Assembly (NCBI GenBank): GCA_965198225.1
Contig: CBDAOY010000009.1
Location: 1,216,001-1,280,000, forward strand
Direction of reading: 5' to 3'
Length of the DNA: 64,000 nucleotides
Source of the DNA: Terriglobia bacterium
Lineage (GTDB): Bacteria; Acidobacteriota; Terriglobia; 20CM-2-55-15
Both the position numbers and the translations under genes were made by a program. Below the pieces are notes generated by a model. That model worked only from the letters and a program-made list of their open reading frames with translations, ran no database searches and was not told the origin of the DNA. Shown here piece by piece: positions 29,292-39,314 of this stretch (positions are counted from its first letter, which is position 1; every line of letters begins with the position of its first letter).

Positions 29292-31071
29292 TTGATTGGG
29301 ACGAGAAGACAACTGCAGGTTCTGGCGATAGCCGCGGTCTTTGCCGTTTCGGCGCCGGCTGTGGCGCAGTTGCCGCAGCAGGAGGTGGATGAAACCTGCA
29401 CGATCGACGGATACGTGGTCCGAATCGGTTCGGGCGAGCCCCTGCGCAAAGCCCAGGTCGTCCTGAGGCCCGAACGTGGACGGAGCCCGGTATTCGGCGC
29501 CGTGACGGACGCGAGCGGACACTTTACCCTCGACGGGATCCCGCCCGGCAACTATCGACTCGACATCGAGCGCGACGGCTACGTCGACCAGGAATACGGG
29601 CAGGTCAGCCCGAGCCGACCCGGCACCGTTCTCGTCTTGTTGCCCGGCCAGCAGGTGAGCGATGTCATCATCAGCATGGTACCCACCGGGACGATCGCCG
29701 GGCGCGTGTTCGATCAAGACGGCGATCCGCTGGTCCGGGCGACCGTCAGGGCCCTGCGCCACGTCTACCAGGACGGCGAAAAGACTCTGACACAGGTCGA
29801 CCAGGCAGTGACGAACGACCTGGGCGAGTACCGGCTTTACTGGCTCGATCCGGGCGACTACATCGTGAGCGCCACCTACGAAGCTCGCTTCCGCGGTGCG
29901 GTTGAGTTGGTGGTCCGAGGCGGAGGCCGCGGCCGCGGCGGTCGTGGGACTGGAGCCGGAGGCGGTGGCGGACGTGGACGAGGCCTGCTGGAGCAACCCC
30001 CAACTGAAGAAACTTACGTGGACACTTACTACCCCGGGACCAGCGACCCCACCCTGGCGTCCAGCATCGTTGTCGGAGGGGGCGCCGAAATCCCGGCCAT
30101 CGACTTCAACGTTCTTCCTACTCGGGCTGTCACCCTTCGAGGCAGGGTTGTGAGTCCCTACATCGGGGAAGGAGGGCTCACCCCGATCGTTACCGTCGTT
30201 TCCCGCGACAACGTGGTCGCCGGTAACCGTTTCAATTTCCGTGGAAGCGGAGGTCGTGGCGGTAGAGGGGGCCAGAACCAGGATGGTAGCTTCGAATTGA
30301 CCGGCGTCGCGCCCGGCTCCTACACGCTGGTCGCGATCCTGACCGAACAGGGTCGGTTCGGCCGCACCGGACAGGGACAGTTGGTGGGAACCGCGGACAT
30401 CGAAGTCGGTGAAGACGACGTCGAAGGCCTGCTGATAACGATTATTCCCGGAGTAGCCATACAGGGCCGGGTGCTGGTCGATCAGGGCGCATCCGACGTC
30501 GATCCCACCCGTCTGAGGGTTCGCCTGCAGCCGGACAACAACATGCCCTTCAACGCGCCAAACACCCCTGTGGGCGATGACGGGACTTTCGTACTGGAGA
30601 ACGTCAGTCAGGCGTCATACCGTGCGACAGTCACCGGTTTGCCCCGGGATGCATACCTGGCGGCGGTGCGCTACGGCGGCACCGATGTTTTGTCGGGTGG
30701 CCTACAGGTCATGGGGGATCCCCCGGGCCCGTTGGAGTTCCTCGTCAGTGGAGCGGGCGGCGTTGTCGACGGCTCGATTCAGATTGAGCAGGACAAAGTT
30801 TTCACGGGAGCCCAGGTGGTTCTCGTCCCTGCCGCCGCCCGTGATCGCCGGGACCTCTACAAGACGGCCAGCGTGGATCAGTACGGCAGGTTCACGATCC
30901 GCGGCATCGCTCCCGGCGGCCTACAAGGTGTTCGCCTGGGAGGACGCTCCATCGGGCGCATATCTCGACCCGGACTTCGTGCGCGCGTACGAGGAGATGG
31001 GGACGTCGGTCGACGTCGACCAGGGCGGTAATGTGCAGGCTCAGGTCTACCTGATCCCGGCCGGCTCATAG
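29292..31071 (+). pseudogene. Secreted carboxypeptidase-regulatory-like repeat protein with a +1 frameshift near 30918
   Basis: TDASGHF...PGNY, TNDLGEYR..WL.PGDY, TYYPG repeats; the natural C-terminus YKVFAWED...YLDPDF lies in another frame ending at 31071; could be a sequencing error. Confidence 0.75.
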
Positions 31072-31120
31072 GTGTCAGCTCGGTGGCCGACATTGCAGCA
31101 GCCCGTTAAAATCGTCTTCA

Positions 31121-31191
31121 GCCACGGATTGCACGGATTAAGCGGATTGTTACATCAGAGTCCGCGCAATCCACGACAATCCGCGAAATCC
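31121..31191. repeat. 9-mer periodic inverted repeat (CACGGATT type)
   Basis: gccacggattgcacggattaagcggatt ... gtccgcgcaatccacgacaatccgcgaaatcc. Confidence 0.6.
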
Positions 31192-31293
31192 TTGTAGAGT
31201 CCGATCGATTCGATTCGTACCCTGTATACTTCCCGGAGGTCGCAGGCTTTACGGTCCGTGGCCAAAACTACTACCGAGAGGAGCCATAGCGGC

Positions 31294-31716
31294 ATGAAGA
31301 AGACCGTCGTTTTGATGAGCGCGATCCTGATTACGACTGCCTGTGCCGTCGCACAATCCAACATGAATGAAACCGAATCCGGCCTAAAATATATCGACCA
31401 TCAGGTAGGTGACGGCGACGAAGCCGTCGCGGGCAAGACCGTCGAAGTTCACTACACGGGATGGCTCTACGCCGACGGCGAACGGGGAGCAAAGTTCGAC
31501 AGCTCCGTGGACCGTGGTGAGCCGTTCAGCTTCCGGCTCGGAGCCAGCCAGGTGATCCGGGGCTGGGACGAGGGTGTCGCGGGAATGAAAGTCGGAGGCA
31601 AACGCGAGCTGTTCATACCGCCGGATCTCGGCTACGGGAGCCGCGGAGCCGGTGGCGTGATTCCTCCGGACGCCACACTGGATTTCGAGGTCGAGCTGTT
31701 GGGAGTTTCGCCCTGA
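31294..31716 (+). CDS. FKBP-type peptidyl-prolyl isomerase (exported)
   Basis: [43 protein letters not shown]. Confidence 0.96.
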   Translation: MKKTVVLMSAILITTACAVAQSNMNETESGLKYIDHQVGDGDEAVAGKTVEVHYTGWLYADGERGAKFDSSVDRGEPFSFRLGASQVIRGWDEGVAGMKVGGKRELFIPPDLGYGSRGAGGVIPPDATLDFEVELLGVSP

Positions 31717-31738
31717 CAGTTCTGAAAGTCCGATCTCG

Positions 31739-31766
31739 AGGTGCGCCTTCGCCGGCGCACCTTTTT
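31739..31766 (+). terminator. Rho-independent terminator
   Basis: aggtgcgcc-ttcgcc-ggcgcacct-tttt. Confidence 0.8.
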
Positions 31767-31789
31767 CATGTAGGGCTGACTTCAGATGC

Positions 31790-31987
31790 TCATGCCGGTC
31801 GCCCGCCCAGCAGCCGCGCGGGCAGCATGATTAGGCTCCGGAAGAACTCCAGGACGCCCGTCACCACGATGCCCAGGAGCCGAAACGGCAACAGGATGAG
31901 CCAGACGAAGGGATACAGGACCAGGGCCAGCAGGGCCAGCGGCCAGGACAGCACAAGCAGGATGCACCACAACAGAAACTTCACCAT
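31790..31987 (-). CDS. Small hydrophobic membrane protein
   Basis: [26 protein letters not shown]...LPARLLG; GGAGG RBS. Confidence 0.75.
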   Translation of the reverse strand: MVKFLLWCILLVLSWPLALLALVLYPFVWLILLPFRLLGIVVTGVLEFFRSLIMLPARLLGGRPA

Positions 31988-32089
31988 CAAGTTGACCTCC
32001 CCTACAGGATACGCGCGGCGAACCTGGAATGTTCCGGTACCGGATCCCGGTTTCTAAACTTCCGCCCTCTTGCAGGGTCTAAGCCCTCT

Positions 32090-34642
32090 ATGACTCGCCT
32101 TCAAAGAAGAATCATCGGCGTACTCACATTCGGAATGCTGCTGTCGCCTGGCATTTCATCAGGCCAACCGGCGATCGAGCTTCAACTCGTTTTCGAGGGT
32201 CTGTCCTCGCCCGTTCTTGTCACCCACGCCGGCGACGGCACGAACCGTTTGTTCATCGTCGAACAGAGCGGAACCATCCAGGTCCTGGGTCCCGGTGGGA
32301 CCTCCCCAACCCTCTTCCTCGACATCACAGCCCGTGTTCGATCCGGTGGAGAACGCGGGCTCCTGGGCCTCGCGTTTCATCCCGATTTCGAGTCGAATCG
32401 CCGTTTCTTCGTCAACTACACACGCAGCGTTGACGCTGCGACTGTCGTCGCCGAGTACCGCGCATCCGCGACGGTTCCGGATACGGCGGACTCGGACGAA
32501 ACGGTCTTGCTGACGATCGACCAACCCTTCAGCAACCACAACGGCGGCATGATCGCGTTCGGGCCGGATGGATTTCTCTACATCGGCATGGGCGATGGGG
32601 GATCAGCGAACGATCCGGGCAATCGCGCGCAGGACAACAGCACTCTGCTGGGAAAGATGCTGCGGATCGATATCGACAAACCGGCCACCGAAGAGATCCC
32701 GTACTCCTCACCAGCGACGAACCCGTTTGTCGGCGATCCCTCGGGGCTTGACGAGATATACGCGACCGGCCTGCGCAACCCCTGGCGGTTTTCGTTCGAC
32801 CGCTCCACCGGTGATCTCTACGCCGGTGACGTCGGACAGAATGCGGCGGAAGAGATCGACCTGATCACACTCGGCGGAAACTACGGCTGGCGGGTGTTCG
32901 AGGGAAGCGGATGCAGCGGGCTCGGGCCGGGAGCGTGCGTCGAGGCCAACTTTACTGCGCCTGCGGTGGAGTACACGAACACGGGTGAGACCGGGCGGTG
33001 TTCCGTCACGGGAGGGTATGTCTATCGCGGCATCCGGCAAAGCCTGCCAAGAGGCTCCTACGTATACGGGGACTTCTGCTCCGGTGAGCTATTCACGCTT
33101 CAGGGTGGGACTTCGGCACTCTTGCTGGATACCGGTTTGAGCCTGTCGTCGTTCGGGGAAGACGAATCCGGCGAGATCTACGCCGTCGACCTTAGCGGCG
33201 CCGTACACAAGATCGTCAATCCTTCGGCCTCTACACTCGCATTCAGCATTGTGGGGCGCGGGGGCGCGGCCAGCGCCTCGAGTGGAGAGTCCTCGGCCGT
33301 CGGAGTCGGATACGGACGGATTCAGGCCGAGGGCGATAGCATCGCTCCAGCGGGCATGGCCGTGTTCTCGTTCGCTCCAGACGGCATCGTGATCACCGAT
33401 GCGAGCGTTCCCGCCGTGGTCCCGGTGATGTCGGGGAGGATCTATGCCGAGATCGAAGGTGCCGTGAATACTGGAGTTGCTATCGCAAACCCGGGCGATC
33501 AGGCGGCCACCGTTTCCTTTTTCTTCACGGATTCGAACGGAACCAATTTCGGCGACGGACAGATCTCGATCGCTGCCAACGCTCAGGTCGCGAGGTTTCT
33601 CGGCGAGTCACCGTTCGACGTGGAGGCGGATCGCGCAACCAGCTTCACGTTCATTGCCTCGGCTCCCGTGGCAGTGATCGCGTTGCGCGGCTTCACCAAT
33701 GAACGATCCGAGTTCCTCATCACGACCCTGCCGGTGCTGCCGCTGGCGGAACAAACTGTAGCGGAACTGGTCATACCGCATTTCGCTGATGGAGGTGGCT
33801 GGACGACGGACATCGTTCTCGTCAACCCGACGGACGGCACGCTGACGGGGGCGCTGGCGTTTCGGGACCAGGGTGTGGAAGGGAGCGCCTCGGGTCTGGT
33901 CGAGCTCACGTTGAACGAACAGGTCGGCAGCAGCTTCGCATACGCCATCAACCCGCGCAGCTCGATTCGCTTCCGGACATCGGGCCAGGCGTCCACCACA
34001 ACGATCGGGTCGGTAACGATCACACCGGAGAGCGACAGCTCCCGGCCCGGCGGACTTGGAATCTTCAGATTTCGAAAGAGCGGTGTCACGATCTCCGAGG
34101 CCGGAGTTCCGGCGTCGGATGCGTCCTCGACCTTCAGGATGTACGTGGAGGGATCCGGGGACTTTGATTCCGCCGGGATCGGATCGCTCGAGAGTGGGCT
34201 TGCCATCGCGAATCAGGAGTCGGTGCCCGCGACGGTTGGTTTGGAGCTGACCAACCTGGATGGCAGCACGACCGGCCTTTCCGGATCGGTGACTCTCCCC
34301 GCGAAAGGGCAGGCCGCGGCCTTCATTACTCAGTTCACAGGTTTCGAATCACTGGCGTCTCCCTTCCGGGGGGTCCTGCGAATAACCGCATCTTCGGATG
34401 TCTCTGTTGTCGGGCTGCGCGGACGCTACAACACGCGGGGAGACTTCCTCGTTACCTCGACGCCACCGGTCGATGAGAACAGCTCTGACTCCGCTTCCGA
34501 ACGCCTCTTTCCCCATTTCGCCGATGGCGGAGGCTACACGACGCAGTTTATCCTGTTCAACGGTTCGGCCGCCGGATCGGCGACAGGTGTCCTCGGCCTG
34601 TTTTCGGCGGACGGCAACCCGTCGACCGTGAGGTTGCCCTGA
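32090..34642 (+). CDS. PQQ-dependent glucose/sorbosone dehydrogenase with a C-terminal repeat domain
   Basis: [41 protein letters not shown]; C-terminal PHFADGGG(W/Y)TT repeated twice. Confidence 0.88.
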   Translation: MTRLQRRIIGVLTFGMLLSPGISSGQPAIELQLVFEGLSSPVLVTHAGDGTNRLFIVEQSGTIQVLGPGGTSPTLFLDITARVRSGGERGLLGLAFHPDFESNRRFFVNYTRSVDAATVVAEYRASATVPDTADSDETVLLTIDQPFSNHNGGMIAFGPDGFLYIGMGDGGSANDPGNRAQDNSTLLGKMLRIDIDKPATEEIPYSSPATNPFVGDPSGLDEIYATGLRNPWRFSFDRSTGDLYAGDVGQNAAEEIDLITLGGNYGWRVFEGSGCSGLGPGACVEANFTAPAVEYTNTGETGRCSVTGGYVYRGIRQSLPRGSYVYGDFCSGELFTLQGGTSALLLDTGLSLSSFGEDESGEIYAVDLSGAVHKIVNPSASTLAFSIVGRGGAASASSGESSAVGVGYGRIQAEGDSIAPAGMAVFSFAPDGIVITDASVPAVVPVMSGRIYAEIEGAVNTGVAIANPGDQAATVSFFFTDSNGTNFGDGQISIAANAQVARFLGESPFDVEADRATSFTFIASAPVAVIALRGFTNERSEFLITTLPVLPLAEQTVAELVIPHFADGGGWTTDIVLVNPTDGTLTGALAFRDQGVEGSASGLVELTLNEQVGSSFAYAINPRSSIRFRTSGQASTTTIGSVTITPESDSSRPGGLGIFRFRKSGVTISEAGVPASDASSTFRMYVEGSGDFDSAGIGSLESGLAIANQESVPATVGLELTNLDGSTTGLSGSVTLPAKGQAAAFITQFTGFESLASPFRGVLRITASSDVSVVGLRGRYNTRGDFLVTSTPPVDENSSDSASERLFPHFADGGGYTTQFILFNGSAAGSATGVLGLFSADGNPSTVRLP

Positions 34643-34673
34643 AGAGACAGCCCGGCGTCTAAGAGGATTTTTT

Positions 34674-34699
34674 CACCGCAAAGGCGCGAAGACGCAAAG
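34674..34699 (+). repeat. 9-mer repeat arm (left of the GHKL gene)
   Basis: caccgcaaaggcgcgaagacgcaaag. Confidence 0.7.
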
Positions 34700-34735
34700 G
34701 GCAAGAAAAGATTTAGTGGCGTGGCCCGAGCCTGG

Positions 34736-36550
34736 TCACCTCAGATTTTCTTCCGTGTACAGCAGAAGCTCAATCATGCGCTCAAGAAGATCGGCCGGCG
34801 AGTAGCCCGGGAAATTCTTGCAGACGAGCTCCTTGGCAAACAATCGCGCGATGTAGCGAAGCTTCAGGGCGCGGTTGCGGGAAGCGAAGACGAAGTCCCG
34901 ATGTCCGTTGTTGATCACGATGACGTTCTGCTCGGCATCGTATCGGGAACGCCAGAGCTCCCCGGGCGCCCGTTTGAACGTGTAGCCCGGCAGCCCTTGC
35001 CTGTGAGCCGATGACTCCTTCGTTTCAGGGAGAAGTGAATCGGTGACAGTCAGCAGGGCTTCGCCCTGACAGGTGACGGCCTCCTGAGTAACCGTCACGC
35101 GCAGACGGGTCAACCCGGGTTGGGAGGGGGCCGTGAACTTGACGATCTCCTCCTCGACATTCTCAAGCGACCCTCCCGCCTCGACGATCTCCCACTCGAA
35201 TCTTAGATTCTCTTCCACCAAGTGGCGCGCGCGATCCCGAGCAATCGCGCGCAACGTTCTCGCATGACCCACCGGTATCACGGCTGAAGCCGGCGAGATG
35301 CGTACGCTCGCAAGCGGCCCTGCATATTCGAAAAACGCCTTTTGCTGCGTCCGCGGCGCTGCGTCCGGTCCACTTCCCGGCCTTGCTTCGATCATTGCGA
35401 TGCCGTCGATGCCCGAATTGGCCCGCGATCTGCCGTCGGCGCCACTCGCGCGAACGTCGAACCAGTCGTAATCCTCGGCGGGGAGGGAAAGCAGGGCTTC
35501 CCGGAAGGCTTTCTGGATCGTCCGGAGCAGGTGCTTGCTGGCCCGCTCCTCTTCTGCCTTGCGCTGCTCTTCGACCAGCTTCTGGAGCGCTTCGGCCACC
35601 GGCTCCATGGCGCTGCAGAATTCGGAGAAGGCTTGATCACGAACTACCCCTGTACGCGTGCCCGGCGTGAGATTCAGGAATGGCGCATCGACGATGCCCT
35701 CGACGTAGCCATCGCTCCAGGGAGGATGCTGGAAAGCCTCCAGCTCGGTCAGACTCTCAATGACCCTCGTGCCAGAACGGTAAACACCCACCCGGGGTTC
35801 CTGTTTCGGTTCACTGAAGTAAAGCTCAAGATAAACCTCACCCAGGGGCGTGTGCCGCACCGGCATTTGATGGATGAGACGCCCATTGAATTCGCGGGGC
35901 TGCACATCGTACCGCTTGCGAGCCTGCCGGTCAACGACCTTGATGTCAACGCCGCTGTGGCGAATTCGATCGCGCAGCTCCGAGGCGAGGTACCACTGGA
36001 TCTTCTCGCCGCTGAAGTGGCGGATTCCGGGCAGCAAAGGTTTAACCTTGAGTCTGGTTCCACCGTCCGGAAACAGCATACGTCGGCTATTGACCGTGTA
36101 GTTCGGGTCACCTTTCTTCATGTGCATCTGATACGTCTTTCCGTCTGCGGCAGCCGAGGTCATGCTGAGCTCATCACCGACGGTCCAGAAGCTGAGCAGG
36201 CCGATACCGAATTCCCCTTGAATGCCTTCCGCGCCGTCCGCCTTGAGACGACGCTTTATCGAATCGCAGATGTGGGTAGCGACGTAACGAAAATCAGGGA
36301 TACCCTTATCGTCCCTTGGTATCCCTTTCCCATCATCGGTGACCGCTAGATAATGTTCGCCCCTCTCCCGCCCCCGGGTGATCGTGACGGTCCGGGCCCC
36401 GGCGTCGATGCTGTTCTCCACGAACTCGGCCACCGCTTTGAGTGGATTACTCTGGGACAGGGCTATGATGGTGATGGCGTTCCAGTCGTCGCCAATACGA
36501 AGTCGTCCCGCGCTTTGCGGTCCTTGTTTGCTGGTCTTGACTCTCGGCAT
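34736..36550 (-). CDS. GHKL (HATPase_c_3/MORC-like) ATP-binding protein
   Basis: AEFVENSIDA (N box), DDGKG (G1), GEFGIG (G2), GGT; followed by an S5-like region, coiled coil and beta-rich C-terminus. Confidence 0.85.
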   Translation of the reverse strand: MPRVKTSKQGPQSAGRLRIGDDWNAITIIALSQSNPLKAVAEFVENSIDAGARTVTITRGRERGEHYLAVTDDGKGIPRDDKGIPDFRYVATHICDSIKRRLKADGAEGIQGEFGIGLLSFWTVGDELSMTSAAADGKTYQMHMKKGDPNYTVNSRRMLFPDGGTRLKVKPLLPGIRHFSGEKIQWYLASELRDRIRHSGVDIKVVDRQARKRYDVQPREFNGRLIHQMPVRHTPLGEVYLELYFSEPKQEPRVGVYRSGTRVIESLTELEAFQHPPWSDGYVEGIVDAPFLNLTPGTRTGVVRDQAFSEFCSAMEPVAEALQKLVEEQRKAEEERASKHLLRTIQKAFREALLSLPAEDYDWFDVRASGADGRSRANSGIDGIAMIEARPGSGPDAAPRTQQKAFFEYAGPLASVRISPASAVIPVGHARTLRAIARDRARHLVEENLRFEWEIVEAGGSLENVEEEIVKFTAPSQPGLTRLRVTVTQEAVTCQGEALLTVTDSLLPETKESSAHRQGLPGYTFKRAPGELWRSRYDAEQNVIVINNGHRDFVFASRNRALKLRYIARLFAKELVCKNFPGYSPADLLERMIELLLYTEENLR

Positions 36551-36629
36551 GTGGCGTCTAGTGAACTGTTACAGGCCACCAATAGGGTTTTCTCAAATGG
36601 GGCTCGCCTGTGGAGTTTACCTCAGATTT

Positions 36630-36655
36630 CTTTGCGCCTTTGCGCCTTTGCGGTG
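36630..36655 (-). repeat. 9-mer repeat arm (right of the GHKL gene)
   Basis: ctttgcgcctttgcgcctttgcggtg, the reverse complement of the left arm with 2 mismatches. Confidence 0.7.
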
Positions 36656-36718
36656 CGGTTCTTATATCCTGATGCAATCCCAACCGCTGGAGCTCTGCAG
36701 TGCCCGGCGAGGAAGACC

Positions 36719-37510
36719 ATGAACATCGAACTGGAATTTGACGACCGCAAACACTCGATCTTCTTCCGGGAGTTCGGCGAAGGCCCGCCGCTGCTGTTCC
36801 TCCATGGTGGTTGGGGGTACGAAATGTACCCGTTCGACCGCCAGATAAGGGACTTTCACCAGCGCTTTCGAATCCTGATTCCGGACCGCGCGGGCTACGG
36901 ACGATCAACCCGAACGGGTCGGTTTCCGCGAGGTTTCCACCAACTCTTTGCCCGGGAGACAAAGGCCTTCATGGATGCGCTCGGGATCGAAAGAGCCCTT
37001 CTCTGGGGCCATTCCGATGGCGCGGTGGCGGCTGCGCTGATGGGAATCGATTCGCCGGATCGTGTCGACGGGATCATCATGGAAGCCGCACACATTGACC
37101 GCCGTAAGCCTCGATCGAAGAGTTTCTTCGAGACAGCGGCCACGGGCCCGGAAAAATTCGGCGAAAAAGTCGTCTCCATGATGTCGAACGAGCATGGCGA
37201 AGATTACTGGCGCAAGCTGATGGAAAACCACGGAAACGCGTGGCTCGACATCCACTACGGGTGGCAGGATCCGGAGCAGGACATGTACGGAGGACGCCTG
37301 TCGGAGTTGCAGGTGCCGGCCATCCTCATCCATGGTTCCGAAGACCCCAGGACCGAGCCGGGCGAACTCGACACCATCCAGGAACTCCTGCCTGAGGCTT
37401 CGATCCACGTCATCGACGGCGGTGGCCACAGTCCCCACAGCGAGAGCGGTGCGTGGGCGGAATCCAACCGTGTTGCCGCGGAGTTTTTTGAGCGAAACGG
37501 TTTTGCCTGA
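36719..37510 (+). CDS. Alpha/beta hydrolase
   Basis: FLHGGWG, PDRAGYGRS, GHSDG nucleophile elbow, HGSED, GHSPH. Confidence 0.92.
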   Translation: MNIELEFDDRKHSIFFREFGEGPPLLFLHGGWGYEMYPFDRQIRDFHQRFRILIPDRAGYGRSTRTGRFPRGFHQLFARETKAFMDALGIERALLWGHSDGAVAAALMGIDSPDRVDGIIMEAAHIDRRKPRSKSFFETAATGPEKFGEKVVSMMSNEHGEDYWRKLMENHGNAWLDIHYGWQDPEQDMYGGRLSELQVPAILIHGSEDPRTEPGELDTIQELLPEASIHVIDGGGHSPHSESGAWAESNRVAAEFFERNGFA

Positions 37511-37547
37511 CTGACAACATCGCTCAACTCGAACCAGGAAGAGACTC

Positions 37548-37612
37548 ACCACGGAGGCGCGGAGGGCGCGGAGAGTTTTTTCTGCCTCTCTGTGCCTCTG
37601 CGTCTCCGTGGT
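37548..37612. repeat. 9-mer periodic inverted repeat hairpin
   Basis: ccacggaggcgcggagggcgcggagag / ctctctgtgcctctgcgtctccgtgg between convergent genes. Confidence 0.75.
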
Positions 37613-37648
37613 TGAATCCCAGTTTCTTTCGACAGGTGGGTTCGAGCC

Positions 37649-38065
37649 TCAATCCAGCTCGACGGTTCCGTCCTTGCTGAGCGAAGCAGGTCGGCCCGAG
37701 CGGAGCGAGGCGAAGTCCTCTTCAGCCAACTGCACCAGGGGAACGGGGCTTCCGTACATCTCGTCGGCGACGATCGACGCCAGTGCAAAGAAGGAGTCGG
37801 GGGCGGTAGTCAGGATCGCTGCAGGTGCTGTCCCCGCCTTGACCGCCCCGAGAAGTACCGCGGTGGTGCTGCTCGAACCGCGCGTGAAGGGGAGAGCCAG
37901 AATCTTTCCGAGGGCCGATCGTCCCACGAGCGGGTGTCTCTGGTCGATCACAGTCCCTGTCTTGTAGTCGTACCCACCCCAGAAACTGAGCGGCTCGTCC
38001 GAGACGAGAAGGTCGCCACGAGCTTCACCCGGGATCAGGGGTTTGCCTTTGATCGCTACTCCCAC
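37649..38065 (-). CDS. Aconitase X swivel subunit (DUF126)
   Basis: PLSFWGG.D..TG.VID..HPL.G, P.TRGSSS, APAAI. Confidence 0.9.
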   Translation of the reverse strand: MGVAIKGKPLIPGEARGDLLVSDEPLSFWGGYDYKTGTVIDQRHPLVGRSALGKILALPFTRGSSSTTAVLLGAVKAGTAPAAILTTAPDSFFALASIVADEMYGSPVPLVQLAEEDFASLRSGRPASLSKDGTVELD

Positions 38066-39312
38066 AGCAGCTCATCCCTCACGACTCGGCCTTCCACCGC
38101 CGACTGGACGCAGTCGGCCAGGCTGCCGAATGTGATCTCGGTTTCGAGTAGGCCGGGGGCGTAGTAGGCGTACTTGGCTGAATTCGTCATCAAGCGTTGG
38201 ATCTCAGGTGGCAGCATCGGCGAGGCGAGGACGCAGGTGTCGACGGTGACTTGCCCCCCAAACTCCTCGAGCGCCTGCAGGTGTCCGGAGGCTCGCGCCA
38301 GCTCGACCATGGCCCGGCTGGAGGTGACCAGGAACCTTACTGACGGATCGGCATGCTTCCCGGTAACCAGTGGCGCCAGCAGTTTGAACTCTTTGAGTGA
38401 GAAGTGAGGGCTGCCCAGGATCACCATGTCCAGCGCCTCGCCGGTCGCGGTCGTGAGTTCCCGCCGCGCTTCCCGCAATCGTTCCATCGTCACCGGTACG
38501 ACCTCCTCCGGTTCGCAGCCCAGGAAGGCCGCATCCAGTGTCCGCGCTTCCGGCGTGTGTCCGACGACGTGGAACAAAGCGACCGTGCCTGATGCAGACG
38601 CGGCAGCCCCCATCGCTTTGAACTGATCCTCGCCCGGACGTGGCTCCAGGCCCGCGACCACCGGTATCCGTTCCCGGGCGACCTTACCCATCAGGTGTCC
38701 GAGAACCGGGTAGAATTCGTCCGCCCACTGCAGTTCGTAGCCCACGCCCTCCAACGGCATCAGGACTTGCCCCTTACGGTTTTCGGTCAGGTGCAGCCCG
38801 ACGGCGGGAACGCGGCCGGTGATGGCTGCGCAGATATCCATCAGGTCCGGGTATCGCTCGGTTCGGGCGCCGATCACCGAGTTGGCGAAGACGATCGCGT
38901 TGGACTCGCCCCACGCGATCTGCTGGCCGAATGTCGGAATCAGATCCACCTGGTAAGGCGCGCATGTCCATATCGGTCGGCAGCCCATTCTCTCGTAGGC
39001 CGCCATCTGCCGTCGCGAAGCGGCCGCGAACTCTTCCGGCACGGCCCATTCCCGCCAGTGATGTTCGTCCAGGGCGCTCACGTTCAGCGTCGTCGGGACA
39101 CGAACCTCGGCTTCCGACGCGGCAAGCTTCTCGGCGAATTCCAGGCCGGCCTCTCCCATGTAGACCGAGCTGTCGATGTGTGCCTGTGTGATATCGAGCA
39201 GGCGCTCGGCTCCTTCGAACCGGGCCATCCGGAGGATGATCGACATGGCCATCCTCGCGGCGGGGCCGCGTTGCCCGGTCGCCAGCTCGCGGTCGAGCAA
39301 AGACAATTCCAT
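38056..39312 (-). CDS. Aconitase X catalytic subunit (DUF521)
   Basis: AHID, TCAPY, AWGESNAIVFANSVIGART, GSPH, DTC, MTNSAKYAYY. Confidence 0.92.
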   Translation of the reverse strand: MELSLLDRELATGQRGPAARMAMSIILRMARFEGAERLLDITQAHIDSSVYMGEAGLEFAEKLAASEAEVRVPTTLNVSALDEHHWREWAVPEEFAAASRRQMAAYERMGCRPIWTCAPYQVDLIPTFGQQIAWGESNAIVFANSVIGARTERYPDLMDICAAITGRVPAVGLHLTENRKGQVLMPLEGVGYELQWADEFYPVLGHLMGKVARERIPVVAGLEPRPGEDQFKAMGAAASASGTVALFHVVGHTPEARTLDAAFLGCEPEEVVPVTMERLREARRELTTATGEALDMVILGSPHFSLKEFKLLAPLVTGKHADPSVRFLVTSSRAMVELARASGHLQALEEFGGQVTVDTCVLASPMLPPEIQRLMTNSAKYAYYAPGLLETEITFGSLADCVQSAVEGRVVRDELLWE

Positions 39313-39314
39313 CG

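Noticed and set aside
30900-30930. Programmed ribosomal frameshift
   Set aside because: There is no slippery sequence or evident stimulatory structure. A mutation or sequencing error is more likely.
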